DNA of 64,000 nt from Eledone cirrhosa (GCA_964016885.1 OZ024743.1:306342001-306406000), one strand, 5' to 3'; positions 1 to 14,200 are shown, numbered from the stretch's first letter. A program made the numbers and translations. Notes: generated by a model not told the origin, from the letters alone.

Positions 1-470
1 GAGTAGAAATATGCAAAGTAGAAATATATAGAGAGAAATATATAAAGTAGAAATGTATAATGTAGAAATATATGAAGAAGAAATAAATATATGAAGTTGA
101 AATATATAAAGTAGAAATATATAATGTAGAAACATATTAAATAGAAATATATAATGTTAAATATATAATGTTAAATGTAGAAATATATAAAGTAGAAATA
201 TATAAAGTAGAAATATATGAAGAAGAAATAAATATATGAAGTTGAAATATATAAAGTAGAAATATATAATGTAGAAACATATTAAATAGAAATATATAAA
301 GTTGAAATATATAACTTAGAAATATATAGAGTAGAAATATACAAAGTAGAAATATGCAAAGTAGAAATATGCAAAGTAGAAATATATAGAGAGAAATATA
401 TATAGTAGAAATATATAAAGTAGAAATATATAATGTAGAAATATATAAAGTAGAAATATGCAAAGTAGAA
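1..470. repeat. 15-bp unit minisatellite (AAAGTAGAAATATAT-like)
   Basis: Repeating aagtagaaatatat units with variants; gives rise to the spurious ISTLY-repeat ORFs. Confidence 0.9.
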
Positions 471-857
471 AATTAAGTTCCGTGATACTGAAACTACAAA
501 AGACAATTAACGAGGGAAATGGAATAAGTAAATAAGAGAATAAATGAATATATGAATGAAAAAGTTAGTGAATGAGCGAATGAGTGACTTCAATGAGCGA
601 ATGGGTGAATAAAGGAATAAACAAAACTGAATATAAAGATGTGTAGAAAAGAAAAAAACTGTCCACTTAAGATTCTGAATGACAACGGCATGGAAAGTTA
701 AAATGTCCGTTTCTAGAGAAGACGATAATGTATTCCCTTTGGGGAGGTTTATGTCTTATTAAATCGATTCGTTTTAATCGGTCATGAATATATTGATTGA
801 TAATTCTCTTCTCACTTCTCCTTACAACATCTCATTAAAAGCGTGATCTTAGTGATT

Positions 858-952
858 CTGGTGGTGGCGGTGTTGTTGTTATTGTTGTTGTTGGTGATGG
901 TGGTGGTGGTGGTGGTGGTGGTGGTGGTAGTGGTGGTGGTGGTGGTGATGGT

Positions 953-984
<32 letters not shown>

Positions 985-1002
985 TGGTGGTGGTGGTGGA
1001 GG

Positions 1003-1033
<31 letters not shown>

Positions 1034-1570
1034 GGTGGTGGTAGTGGTGGTGCTGGTGCTGGTGCTGGTGGTACTGGTGGTACTGGTGGTGCTGGTGCTG
1101 GTGTGGTTGTGGTGGTGGTGGTGTTTGTAGTTGTTATAATGCTGTTATAAAGGTGGTGTAATGGGTTTGATTTTGAATCTAGTAATAGTAGTTGACACGG
1201 AGAGGTGGGGAGTTTTGTAGAATTGGTGGCGATTATGGTTGTGGTGATGTTGAAGGAGTGGTGGTCGTATGGGTTGAGATAATACATAGGATGATGATGA
1301 TCATCATCATGACGATGGTAGTGGTGGTGATGATGATGATGATGATGATGATGGTAGTGGTGACAATAGTGATGAGGATGATGTCGACGACGATGGTGAT
1401 GATGGTGATGACGATGATGTAAAACAAGACAAAACATGAATAGGAATGAGGAATGTCCCCGCTCCGCCTCTCCCTAGCAAATATTACAAGACAGGTCAGA
1501 TGTTACGTCCTGTGAAGTTTTTCTGTACTACTACTACAAATACCACCACCACCACCACAACCACCGCCAT

Positions 1571-1612
<42 letters not shown>

Positions 1613-1710
1613 GACTACTACTACTACTACTACTACTACTACGACGACTACTACTACGACTACTACAACCACCATTACTACCACCACCACCATTACTGCT
1701 AATAATAATT
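858..1710. repeat. Compound trinucleotide microsatellites (GGT/GTT/GGC/GAT, then ACT/ACC)
   Basis: Directly visible triplet runs. Confidence 0.9.
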
Positions 1711-1980
1711 GTTTCTACTTTTGGCACAAGGCCAGCAATTATCCAGTGTATTACTGGTACTTTATTTTATCGACCCCGTAAGGATAAAAGGCAAAGTTAA
1801 CCTTATATAAGCACAAGGCCAACAATTAAATAGACCTTCAGTGTATTACTGGTCCTTTATTTTATCGACTACGTAAGGTTGAAAGGCAAAGCTAACTCCG
1901 GCGAGATTTGAACTCAGAACGTAAAGGGCCGAGACTCTATGCTACAAAGCATGTTGTCCGACACTCTACCGATTTTGCCA
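1711..1980 (-). mobile_element. tRNA-derived SINE family A (one near-full copy plus a duplicated 3' part)
   Basis: Reverse complement of the repeat seen at 13660, 17741 and 21491 (B-box-like GAGTTCAAATC; body TTTGCCTTTCATCCTTACGGGGTCGATAAAATAAAGTACCAG). Confidence 0.8.
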
Positions 1981-2271
1981 ATAATAATAATTCTTTCTTT
2001 ATTAGCCACACATGTCTGAGATTAGGAAAACCTTCTTTACTGGCCACAAGAGAGCAAAGATCCAGACATAAATACAAAAGTATCATATAAAAAGATGTTG
2101 CAAAACGTCGTTATTGTTGTCATCGTTATCGTCTTCATTATCGTTGTCATCGTCGTTATCGTCATAATTGTCATTGTCCGCATAGTCATCATCGTCATCG
2201 TCGTTATTGTCCTCATATATACACACATACACTCACTCATGCACGCATACTCTCACACATACTCACTCATG

Positions 2272-2304
<33 letters not shown>

Positions 2305-2899
2305 ACTCACATTTAGACACATACACTCACACTTAGACACATACACACACACACACACACACATACACTCACACTTAGACACATACACACACACACACAC
2401 ACTCACACTTAGACACATACACACACACACACATACACTCACACTTAGACACATACACTCACACATACATTCACACTTAGACACATACACACACACATAC
2501 ATTCACACTTAGACACATACACACACACATACACACACACATACACTCACACTTAGACATATACACACACACTTAGACACATACACACACACATACACAC
2601 ACACATTCACATTAAGACACATACACACATACACTGACAAGAGAAGCTCTTGTCCTTTTACTGGTAATTATTAATTTTTCTCCTTGTACCATCTCAGATA
2701 TTTACATTAATTTCAATATCAAACAGTTTTTGAGACGGGATGGCGGTAACAGAGAATAGATCTGGGGGTGACTTAAATAGAGTTATGTCCCTTTGTGTAG
2801 TGTGCGGTATGTGGTGGTGATGTGTGTGGTGTATGGTGTATTGTGTGTACCTCTTTCTGTGTCGATGTGAATGTGTGGGAATGCATGTATGTTGTGTTT

Positions 2900-3210
2900 A
2901 TGTGTGGTCCGGACGTGTGCGTGTGCATGTGTGCGTGGTCCGAACGTGTCCGTGTGTGTGTGTGTGTGTGGTCCGGACGTGTCTGTGTGTGTGTGGTCCG
3001 GCCGTGTGCGTGAGTGTGTGTGTGTGTGTGTGGTCCGGACGTGTGCGCGTGTGTGTGTGTGTGGTCCGGACGTGTGCGTGTGTGTGTGTGGTCCGGACGT
3101 GTGCGTGAGTGTGTGTGTGTATGTGTGGTCCGGACGTGTGCGTGTGTGTGTGTGGTCCGGACGTGTGCGTGAGTGTGTGTGTATGTGTGGTAGGGACGTG
3201 TGCGTGAGTG
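2900..3210. repeat. Minisatellite of GTGGTCCGGACGTGTGC cores separated by (GT)n
   Basis: About 10 copies of a core containing the palindrome GTCCGGAC, with variable GT spacers. Confidence 0.85.
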
Positions 3211-4123
3211 AGTGTGTGTGGAGTGGATGTATGTGTTGTGTGTGGTGTAGGTAGGTGTGCTAAGATTCATGTATATGAATGGTTGTGTGTGTGTGTGGTA
3301 TGTGATGTGTGTGTGGGTGTAGGTGTATATATGTGAGTGTGTGTGTGTGTGTGTGTTGTGTATATAGGGGTATATGTGTATATGTGTACATGAATATGTG
3401 CGATTGTATTTGTGTGTATGTATGTGTGAGTATTTAAGTGTGTGAATGTATATTTGTGTGTATGCGTGTATGTGTATGCGTGATTATGCTTGTAAGTGTC
3501 TATATCTATGTATATATATATATATGTATGTGTGTATGTGTGTATGTGTGTATGTGTGTATGTGTGTATGCGTGTATGTATACATGTATATATGTATGTA
3601 TATGTATATATGTGTATTTATGTGTGTATGCGTGTATGTATATATGTATATATTGTATATATATATATGTATATATATGTATGTATATATGTATGTATTT
3701 CTGTATGCATGTATGTATGTACGTATGTTCTTCTTTTTGGTAAATATCATCTTGGTTAAGAGAGTGGGACTGGCTTTGTGCAGTGCCTTTGCTCACTATA
3801 AAAGCTTCACGGCACAGGCATTGCTTTATATCTGGAGATCTCTCTGCACTTGTTGTCACATGGTACCATGGGCCCAGCACTATGTGTCAATAATTGTCAC
3901 AAGTGTAGTGTTTGTACCAGAGTTTTCAAGTCGCTGGCTGGACTAAAATGTCAGACTCGTTCAGCGCATCGGTAGGGATTCTCCTACATGGATATAAAGT
4001 AGTGGCCGTACTCGAAAACGAGTTGGCAGCTAACATGTATGTATGTATAAGTGTGTGAATGTGTATTTGTGTGTATGGGTGTATGTGTATGCGTTATTGT
4101 GCTTGTAAGTGTCTATATCTATG

Positions 4124-4156
<33 letters not shown>

Positions 4157-4371
4157 GTGTATGCGTGTATGTATATATGTATATATGTATGTGTGTGTAT
4201 ATATGTGTATGTATGTGTGTGTATATATGTGTATATTTGTGTATGTATATATATATATGTATATATATGTATAGGAACGAACGATCGACTTTCGTCAAAT
4301 CGGACCGAGGGAACAATGTTTCCGTTGGTCTTTCCAATTGCTAATACTATCTATCGGCCGAAACTCCAGGT

Positions 4372-4491
4372 AGAAGGAGCAACGTGAAATAAAGTGTCTT
4401 GCTCAAGGACATAACGCATCACCTGGTCCAGGAATCGAACTCACAACCTTACGATTGCGAATCCAATTCTCTAACCACTCAGCCACACGCC
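4372..4491 (-). mobile_element. tRNA-derived CORE-type SINE (resembles octopus OR SINEs), family B
   Basis: Minus strand reads GGCGTGTGGCTGAGTGG (A box)...GAGTTCGATTCC (B box)...TGTCCTTGAGCAAGACACTTTA (CORE-like). Related copy at 7598-7720. Confidence 0.75.
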
Positions 4492-4513
4492 AATATATAT
4501 GTATATATATATA

Positions 4514-4888
4514 TATAAACGTTTGTATATGTATAATAAAGCCAAAACAATGCAGGTATAGACATAGAATAAAGAATGCAAATGCAAAAGATATTGTTGA
4601 CAATTAGTCTTTTACCTTAGATTTATTTAAATCTCCTTAATTTTCGAGATAATATCTCTTCTTCAGAGGGAAGTAAAGCGGTTAAACCAGTGTTCTAAAT
4701 AGCTTAGAACACTGGTTTAACCGCTTTACTTGCCTCCGAAGAAGAGATATTATCTCGAAAATTAAGAACATTTAAATAAATCTAAGGTAAAAGACTAATT
4801 GTCAACAATATCTTTTGCATTTGTATTCTTTATTTTATGTCCATACCTGCATTGTTTTGGATTTATTATACATATACAAACGTTTATA
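4514..4888. mobile_element. Fold-back element with about 185-bp arms, 5-nt loop and an HHR-like motif in each arm
   Basis: Arms are reverse complements around 4701. Minus strand 4633-4672 reads CTGAAGAA-GAGAT-ATT-ATCTC-GAAA; the right arm has the CCGAAGA variant. Flanked by (TA)n. Confidence 0.85.
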
Positions 4889-4925
4889 CCTCATTACACA
4901 ATGCTTCAAGTGAACTATAACTTCC

Positions 4926-4956
<31 letters not shown>

Positions 4957-4997
4957 TATACATATATATATATACATATATATATATATACACACAC

Positions 4998-5227
<230 letters not shown>

Positions 5228-5350
5228 GGTGCGGGTGAAATGAATTGAGCTTAGCGGAAAAGTCTGGATACGGCGTGGTAGGGTCGGAAAGTGCTCTACT
5301 ACGGGGGTAGGAGCTAGATAACCACCTGGTTCCTTACCACTTTTCCTTCG

Positions 5351-5398
<48 letters not shown>

Positions 5399-5470
5399 GA
5401 AAATTACAGTTAATGACTCCAATTGAAACCCTGTAATTATTAAGCTCCAAGTATAAAATACTGAGCCGTA

Positions 5471-5875
5471 TAATAATAATATATATGCAGTAAGAAACAC
5501 AGTAAACCGTGTGTCTAATATTACAAGGGTTGAAAAACCACATTTGTTTGAAATATTTAACCAAGAAGCAGACAGAATGATAAAATAAAATTATATTATA
5601 CAAACCGCCTCAATAACAATTACATCTCTCGGACAGATTATCCCTAATCTGTTTCGCCCTGAGTGTGTTTGCAACAGGTAATCCATGGGAATCATCAGCG
5701 AGAGAATCTGATTAAATGCGACAAACACTATGTACCAACGTTCACACAGAAAGATGAATTTATTTTATCATTCTGTCTGCTTCTTGGTTAAATATTTCAA
5801 ACAAATGTGGTTTTTCAACCCTTGTAATATTAGACACACGGTTTACTGTGTTTCTTACTGCATATATATTATTAT

Positions 5876-5877
<2 letters not shown>
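5471..5877. mobile_element. Fold-back element with about 120-bp arms (5471-5592 / 5757-5877) enclosing a hammerhead ribozyme
   Basis: Near-perfect inverted repeat, echoed by mirror-image ORFs in the track. Right arm abuts (TA)n. Confidence 0.9.
5625..5705 (-). ncRNA. Type I hammerhead ribozyme, canonical core
   Basis: Minus strand: TCTCTCG-CTGATGA-TTCCC...GGGC-GAAA-CAGATTA-GGGA-TAATCTG-TC-CGAGAGA. Stem I 7 bp, long stem III, GUC cleavage triplet. Confidence 0.9.
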
Positions 5878-5937
<60 letters not shown>

Positions 5938-5953
5938 AATGTATATATATCTG

Positions 5954-6089
<136 letters not shown>

Positions 6090-6106
6090 TATATATACAT
6101 TTATAT

Positions 6107-6181
<75 letters not shown>

Positions 6182-6357
6182 ATAATAATATATATGTATA
6201 TATGTATATATGTATATATGTATTTCTGTATGTATGTTCGTATGTATAAGGTGTTATTTACTCATATTAATGCTTTTGTTTTTGTTTTTGCCAACATCAA
6301 AGAAATAATTCTCTCGTTCACAATGAATAGTTAATTATTCTGTTGACTATTAGAATG

Positions 6358-6432
<75 letters not shown>

Positions 6433-6599
6433 TGCAGATATGGTAGTGGCAGTGGCATGTAGGCTGGTAGTATTGTAGTGTGGCAGTAGTATAGTGGTAG
6501 TGGTGATGTCTTCTTCTTCTTCTTCTTCTTCTTCTTCTCCTTCTTCTTCTTCTTCTTCTTCTTCTTCTTCTTCTTCTTCTTCTTCTTCTTCTTCTTCTA

Positions 6600-7240
6600 G
6601 TACCGGAGTTGTGATCTCTCAATTCGGAAAAGTAGTGGCTCTACTTGAAGTGATTCTCTGATCTCCAAGCTACGTATCCACCGAGTAACGTTACTCCAAA
6701 GACCCTTCGGAGGAACCCCATTTCGGCCGCTTGTATTCGCGATCGTATTCCTTCGTTCATTACCCAAGATTCATGACCATAGGTAAGGGTTGGCACAAAT
6801 ACCGCTCTGAAGGTAACGAGTTTGGTATTTACACCTACCCCCTTTTTCTGATTACCGAATGCTGAAGCTCACGAATAACTACACTAGCTCTGGTAATTCT
6901 TGCGCTTGTTTCAATGTCTTGCTTTCCACCACTCATGAATACAGTTCCGAGATACTTGAACTTCTCCGCCTGCTTCAGTGGAACTCCATTCACATGCAGA
7001 GTGCGCTACGCAGGCTTCCTTGAGAGGACAAGAGTTTCAGTTTTCACAGCACTGATTTTCATTCCAGCCATGCAGCACTCGGCATCAAACCTATCAAGTG
7101 CAAGTCAGAGATCACCTTCTGTCGGGTTAAGTAATAACATGTCGTCTGCAAATTCCAGCCGACTGATTCTACACTTGCCAGTCGTGATACCACTTCCAAC
7201 CCGACTACACATGTTAACCCTGTTAATGAAATCACGTATG
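6600..7240 (-). mobile_element. Decayed RTE-clade (Expander/Rex3-like) LINE fragment, RT C-terminal half
   Basis: Minus strand encodes LEFADDMLL, EKFKYLGTVF and FVPTLTYGHESWVMNEGIRSRIQAAEMGFLRR, typical RTE-clade motifs. Confidence 0.85.
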
Positions 7241-7597
7241 AGAATGTGTTATTGTTGTTGTTTAGCACTAGGTCGATCCTAATATGGGACACATATTCAA
7301 AGATATTCCAGCCATAATCACCCCATCTTTTTTCCCCTTGCATGTGTATTCTGGACCGCATTATATAATGTTTTTTCTTTTTAATGAGCCAAATTGTTGC
7401 ACGAGGTAGATCTGGTTTGATAGTTCAACAAAGTAGAGCAATTCCATAAATGTCTCTATATTAATTTGATGTTGGTGGTGTTGGTAGTTATGGTGTTCGA
7501 GGTTGGGTTTGAAATTGTATTAAATTGTTATTATTTGGCCCAGTAAGTAGGAGAATGGATGGTGTGGTGTTCGATAGAAGAAGAAGAAGAAGAAGAA

Positions 7598-7720
7598 TCG
7601 CTCACGATTGTACAGTCATGAGTTCGATTCCCGGTAGCTCGATGATTCCTTGAGCAAGACACTTTAATTATATTTTGGTCCAGGCCACTGTGTCCTTGAG
7701 CACGACATTTTATTTCATAT
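7598..7720 (+). mobile_element. Degenerate CORE-type SINE, family B
   Basis: GAGTTCGATTCC B box followed by CCTTGAGCAAGACACTTTA, with the CORE part duplicated. Confidence 0.65.
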
Positions 7721-8131
7721 TACTACTCCCCCGAAATGTGACGCATGACAATGATCTTCTTCTTCTTCTTCTTCTTCTTCTTCTTCTTCTTCTTCTTCTT
7801 CTTCTTCTTCTTCTTCTTCTTCTTCTTCTTCTTCTTCTTCTTCTTCTTCTTCGCCTGCCGAGTAAACTTCTGATGTAAGGCATTCCTAACCATTAACATC
7901 CCCTTTTACATATTTAAGACTCTAGGAGTCAGGCCGCCATGTAGAGGAGCGGTTCTCCCAAGGACCCCTTTTATTTTTATGAATGTTTCCCATGGACCCC
8001 CTCTCCCCAAATACACTGACTCTCCCCACCAGATTTTTATACAGTGATGATAAAGATTAAAAAAAAACATGTTTATAATTAAATAAGAATTAATACCTAA
8101 TATTTGTGTGTATATTATTTTAAACAAAATA

Positions 8132-8992
8132 CAGTTGTACCCCTGTATTTGCTGGGGTTACGTTCGTAAAGCACCTGCGATGAGTGAAAAAACGCGAACA
8201 TTGGACGTGGTCCATAAAGATGTCTATAAACGTCAAAATATAACGTAAAATATACGCCGGCAACTACGGTATCATAATATAATAAAGGGAGGAGTGCGGG
8301 ACTGTCCTGAATATACTTTTTTATCCCGTTAGTAAATTGGATTACTTTAAATAAATAATGAATAAATATTACATAATTTATGTGCTAAAGTTCGTAGCTG
8401 TTGATTAAACATAAATATTCTTATATATAATGATTGCTTATTTTTAGATTCACTTCTTTTAAAATTTTAAAATGTCAAAACTTCCGGTTATGATATAATA
8501 GATGCTATATCACATATCGCTTATATAAACATTCATATATTTGCATCGTTATATCATAACGTTTATATTTCCGTCGCTAATTTTCTCCTTTTTCGTTTTC
8601 ATTGCATTTCACCGTAATGCTGTTTATATATAATATCGTCTTTTTTTAATGTATCATGGATTTCTTTACTGATTACAGAAGAGAGTGTAACACAGTCGCT
8701 CTTCTATATCTGTGCATATTGTCAATTACGATCTTATTTGACGTATCATATCTACATGCATATATATTTGCGTATAATATCAATATGCACCCGGTGGGTG
8801 GTTTTTCTGCTAGTATTGTTAATAATTTAGCGTTAAAAAGCGTGAAAAAATATATTGCCACGGAAAGAGCTATAAAAGATCGCGGAAGATATGTACGATT
8901 CCGCAAATATCCGATGGTTTCCACGGACAATTATTAGGTTCTAAAAAAAAAATCCGGGAATAACTGGAAATGCGAATGACGATGGTACAGTG
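8132..8992 (+). mobile_element. Tc1/mariner Tigger-like (MER2-type) non-autonomous DNA element
   Basis: TA-flanked; begins CAGTTGTACCCCTGTATTTGCTGGGGTTACGTTC and ends GCGAATGACGATGGTACAGTG. Homologous, internally deleted copy at 21227-21728. Confidence 0.75.
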
Positions 8993-9424
8993 TACTTGAA
9001 ATATTTAACTAACCCTTAGTACAACATTTGCAGAATTCTAAGGATCCGAGAAACCCAAATTAAGAACCGGTGACGTAGAGATTCATAAGAAGGGTGTGTG
9101 GATAATGAGTGAAGAGCTAATAAAAAATCGCTCGCCCTGAGTTCGATCCGGATTACAGCCAAATCACTTCTCTTAGGCTATGGTAACCAATAAATTAGAA
9201 AAATATTTGAATGTCGTTAGGCAATCTCTCTCTTGTTGGTCTCTTTTATAATGTCTGACGTCTGATGCTTCATTAAAAGATCGATATCGAACTATGGCTG
9301 ACACCATAATTCAGTAGTTAGTCACAATCTTAGGGAAAGTTGCCAGTTGTACTGAAACGCACTGACTTATGAAATCAGACGTTTAACTTTATGTGTGTGT
9401 ATGTATGGATATATATAGATATAT

Positions 9425-9472
<48 letters not shown>

Positions 9473-9510
9473 ATGTGTGTGTATGTATGGATATATATAG
9501 ATATATACAA

Positions 9511-9594
<84 letters not shown>

Positions 9595-9819
9595 ACTCAC
9601 AGATAAACATGTATGTGTGTGTGTGTGTTTGTATGTAGATACAAATATATAAATATATACATGCATACATATATATATATATGTGTATGTATGTATGTAT
9701 ATACACACATATATATATGTGTGTGTATATACACACATATATATATACATATATATAATGTATATTAGTTATATTGTTTATGTATAAATATATATTTATA
9801 CATACATAAACATAAAAAT

Positions 9820-9886
<67 letters not shown>

Positions 9887-11979
9887 AATATACATAACAT
9901 ACATACAAACATACATAAATACATACATGTGTATATACATATGAACACTTAAATATGTCGAGACATTGTTGAATACCCACACGCTTAAACAAGCATATGG
10001 GTAAAGATACTTGCATAAGCATAGGCACAATGACTCTATATACATATACACACATACACATATACACATATTCAAATATATACATACACACATACTCAGT
10101 GTACCATAATGAGTAGTTTCTTCACAAAAGGCTGGCATGAATCTTACACAACACACACAAATACACACACACAAACGTACGCACACACTCACGCACGCAA
10201 AACTTATACACACACACACACACGCACGCACACACTCACGCACTCATAACTTACACACACACACACACACACACACACGCATACATACAGATTCACACAC
10301 TCAGACATGACCGTTTCTAGGAAAACTTTTATGAAACCACACACATACTCACATAGACGCACATACTTGTACACGCATACTCACACACACGTATGCTCAC
10401 ACACACGCATGCTCACGCACGTGCATACTCACACACACGCATACTCACACATGCATATACTCACATTAACGCACTCATATACTCACGTACTAACACACAT
10501 ACAGAACATCCCCACACACGTATATATGAAACTTTTACGCATGTCACATACACTTAAACACAAAAACGCACAAACACTCACACACAAACACACAAACACA
10601 CACACACACACACACACATAGCTACACACTCAACACAACGCATACTTATATATGAAATTCATGCACATGGTACATACACTTATACACGCACACACATATA
10701 CACAAAGACGAAGAGTCAAACACACACACACATGCACACATACAAACACACACGCACACATACACTCACACACACATTACCGCATTCACACACACACACA
10801 GACACTCACATACACACATGCGTACATACTCACTCACACACTCACACACACACTCACGCACTCTCTCTCTCTCACACACACACACACAGACACTCGCATA
10901 CTCACATGCGTGCATACACACTCACACTCACACACACACTCACACACACACACACACACACACTCACATGCGCACATAAACATTCACACACATACTCATA
11001 CCCTTACACACACATAGTCACACACACTCACATGTGCGCGTTCACATACACACACATACAGGAACACTGACCACAGAAACATTTCATCGTAACTTCAAGC
11101 AATGTTAGTTTCTGCCAAAATGGCCGACATCAATCGTGTTTGTTGTCCGTGGCTAGTTTCATAAATCTGCTGATTTCAAGGAATTAATTAGAATTAAGAC
11201 CAGGCTAATTTCGTTTTGACTTTTCGCCGGATTAGACAATATACCAGTAAATTGGGCTGTAAACCGGGGACATGAAACGATAGGAATAGACGGTCCAGAA
11301 GAGGCGAAAACCAATGAATCTATATCAGATTCCTCTAGTTATGTTTGGTTTGGCAGAAATTCGTCAAATTTGGATCATCAAAAGCAAATATTTTATTGTT
11401 AGTTTTATTAGATCCAATGTTTTGTTTGGTTACTAAATTCCTCGTCGGAATGATTTTACTCTTTTTCAACAATTTCTGCTGAGATTTTAAGATCCAGTAG
11501 TTATCACTGACAGATAGTATCAGAAAGACCAATGGAAACATAATTTCATTGGTCTGATCTGTCGGTCGTCTCTTCGATTTTTTTGTTTTCGATTTCTTTT
11601 AAGTTTTCGCATTATTATTGTTATAGACATTACTGAATTGCTGGGCTATTATCTTGTCTACTAGCTGGAGAATATTTGGTTCGTAACCAGTAAACAGTAG
11701 CGTGTTCGGTCCATGGTAATGACCGGTTATCTGTAATTAAAGAATATAAGTAACCATGGGTCAACGTTATAAGTAACCATGGGTCAACGTTGTTGCGTTG
11801 AAATAACTTTCCCTAAACACACGCCATCTAAATCAGGAACCATTGACGCCCTTCATTGACCCCGGTTATGTACAAAAATAAATAAATCAGTAAAGAGAAC
11901 ACACATTATATAGACAATAAAGTCTAATTATATCTAAATCAGAAACTTGTAGTTGTATTTTATTGTATTTATCCTTAAA

Positions 11980-12115
11980 CATCGGACTGAGTGCTTTACG
12001 ACATTCGTTTCGGCTCTCTACTCTCTCAGTTCAAATCCCACCGAAGTCAACTTTGCCTTTCATCCACTCGAAGTCTACAAAATAAGCACTAGTCTCGTAC
12101 TGATGGTCGATTCTC
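11980..12115 (+). mobile_element. Degenerate SINE family A
   Basis: CAGTTCAAATCCCACCGAAGTCAACTTTGCCTTTCATCC matches the other copies. Confidence 0.7.
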
Positions 12116-12468
12116 CCTCTATATTTATTTCTCACTTCTATTATCTCATTCTGTATCCTTCTCTAGAAGAAATCTGGTGTATTCAGATCTGGAGAGGAGA
12201 TGGGCTCTGCCAGGCATTAAAATGCTCTAGAAACGCCGTATATAAATAAGGTGCTCTTATGACTCCCTCGGAAGATACGGGACCATGCATAAACACCTTT
12301 ATCTCCCCAAATTGTCGACCTAAACAAACAATAAAACTTAAACCGTTCCCTTTAAACACGTTTTAAACGTTTTAATACATTTCAATTTATTTTCAGTTCT
12401 ACATTGTTTCATCTTATCTCTTTTCCTTGCTTACCTAACACAGTCTTCAACAGCAAACGGCTTCAGTG

Positions 12469-12544
<76 letters not shown>

Positions 12545-12587
12545 CACACACACAAAGTTAAATAATCTAGCCGTAGTTAGTTCTAGC

Positions 12588-12795
12588 TGCAATTATATCA
12601 ATAGGGACTACTCCTCTCTAGCCGGGAAATCTATCAAGGAATATAATTTATAAAAGTAAGGTTGATACACCTATTACTAGTAAGGCTTACATAAGGTTAA
12701 CTGCCAATAGATTTAAGCAGCGTCTATACATGCATTCTCATTCATTTTGAGACCCTTTAAGAAGGAATATGACTTCACTTTCAGCCTATATCTGG
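12588..12795 (+). pseudogene. Decayed GIY-YIG endonuclease of a Penelope-like element (possibly Naiad-like)
   Basis: Frame from 12640: NIIYKSKVDTPITSKAYIRLTANRFKQRLYMHSHSF*DPLRRNMTSLSAYIW (IIY...YI(G), FKxR..H..SF, LSxYIW). Preceded after a frameshift by CNY...LAGK, a decayed CNC..CPL.G.C linker. Confidence 0.7.
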
Positions 12796-13202
12796 ACGCC
12801 ACCGAACGAATCTTAAACAAAACATCTGAGGCAATTTCGGCTTGTAAGCATAAACTGTTTAAAACATTTTTGTATTCCAGCCAAAAACTATATCCTATAT
12901 GGTAGCTAAGAGTAATCTAACTTTATACTCAATTTATATAGAATTAAAATTCTAAAGCAAACTTTCCAGTCCGGCCTTTTGTTGTTTTAATGAATAATTA
13001 ACTTCGTTCCTGCGCCAGCCACTGGATACTACATTTACGATGGATCATTTGCATAACATTGAATGCTTTAATAAATTCGAACCCCAAATTCTATCCATTG
13101 TTAAAGGACCTAACATAAATTATATATATATGAATATATATTATATGCATGTAGGTGTATGCGCATGTACATATGTATATTGAATGTATATACGTATATA
13201 TG

Positions 13203-13240
<38 letters not shown>

Positions 13241-13250
13241 TGGGAGGGAA

Positions 13251-13290
13251 CGTCCTGATGAGGACCAGTTAAATTCGAAATGCAACGACG
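13251..13290 (+). ncRNA. Minimal type I hammerhead motif, cleavage triplet mutated
   Basis: CGTC-CTGATGA-GGA...TTC-GAAA-TGCA-AC-GACG. Stem I CGTC/GACG, palindromic TGCA loop III; U16.1 appears replaced by A. Confidence 0.65.
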
Positions 13291-13659
13291 ATTATCCCCC
13301 TTACTTCTGCTGGACACCACCAAAGGCACCTAATATTTTGCATAGCTACGGCTTTCTAAATGCTATAAACATACCGTATTTCTTTAGAAATACGAAATTC
13401 AAATACATATATATATATATGTTCTTACGCATGTTGTATGCGAATAAATGCGAGTATATGTATGTGTATGTATACATTTGTGTGCACACATAAAAACGCC
13501 TGTGCGTGTACATGTGTACATGCACACATGTGTATAAACGTATACATGGGTGAATAATTTCCATACACTATATTTTCGTTTCCAAATGCATCCACACCTT
13601 TCAGCGCATTTTTATATATGAGCCTAAATCTGAAACCTTTATTATTACTATTATTGGGA

Positions 13660-13842
13660 ACTTGCAGTATCGGTAGAAGGTCGGACGCCATGCCTTCTAG
13701 CATAGTTACGTCCTTTTACGGTCAGAGTTCAAATCCCGTCGAGGTTAACTTTGCCTTTCATCCTTACGGGGTCCATAAAATAAAGTACTAGTAATACACT
13801 GGATAATTGCTGGCCTTGTGCCAATAGTAGAAACAATTATTA
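13660..13842 (+). mobile_element. SINE family A
   Basis: tRNA-like head, shared body and AGAAACAATTATT end. Confidence 0.85.
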
Positions 13843-14082
13843 AGACATTCAATATCTTTATGTTAAATCATTTTACTACTATTAATTTCATTTTCTATAT
13901 ATTGTATTCGGCTATTCTAAAAATTCTCGTGAATTTTCCATGGCAAGAATTTGTTCTTTTCGCTTTTTTTAAATTTATTTTTCCATCTACCGATTGATTT
14001 TTCTCAGCTTCAAATGATTCCGCTTAGGGTGAAAGCGTAGGTTTTTTGCTTAAGCTTTTAATATGTACAAATAATTTATACT

Positions 14083-14144
<62 letters not shown>

Positions 14145-14200
14145 CTGTAAAATTACCTCCTGTGTTTTGATTGTATCATTTATTAACTTTATATATATAC

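Noticed and set aside
835-1781. Pro/His/Thr-rich ORFs (extensin- or mucin-like)
   Set aside because: Trinucleotide microsatellites open in multiple frames, with no exon evidence.
4514-4888. Palindromes as sequencing or assembly chimeras
   Set aside because: Arms differ by substitutions, spacers are unique, and family endpoints recur at separate loci. Not fully excluded for the near-perfect cases (53240, 55395) without reads.
11115-11132. CAAAATGGCCGAC YY1-like motif (and a CTCF-like GCGCCATCTAC near 21788)
   Set aside because: Short single motifs without supporting promoter context.
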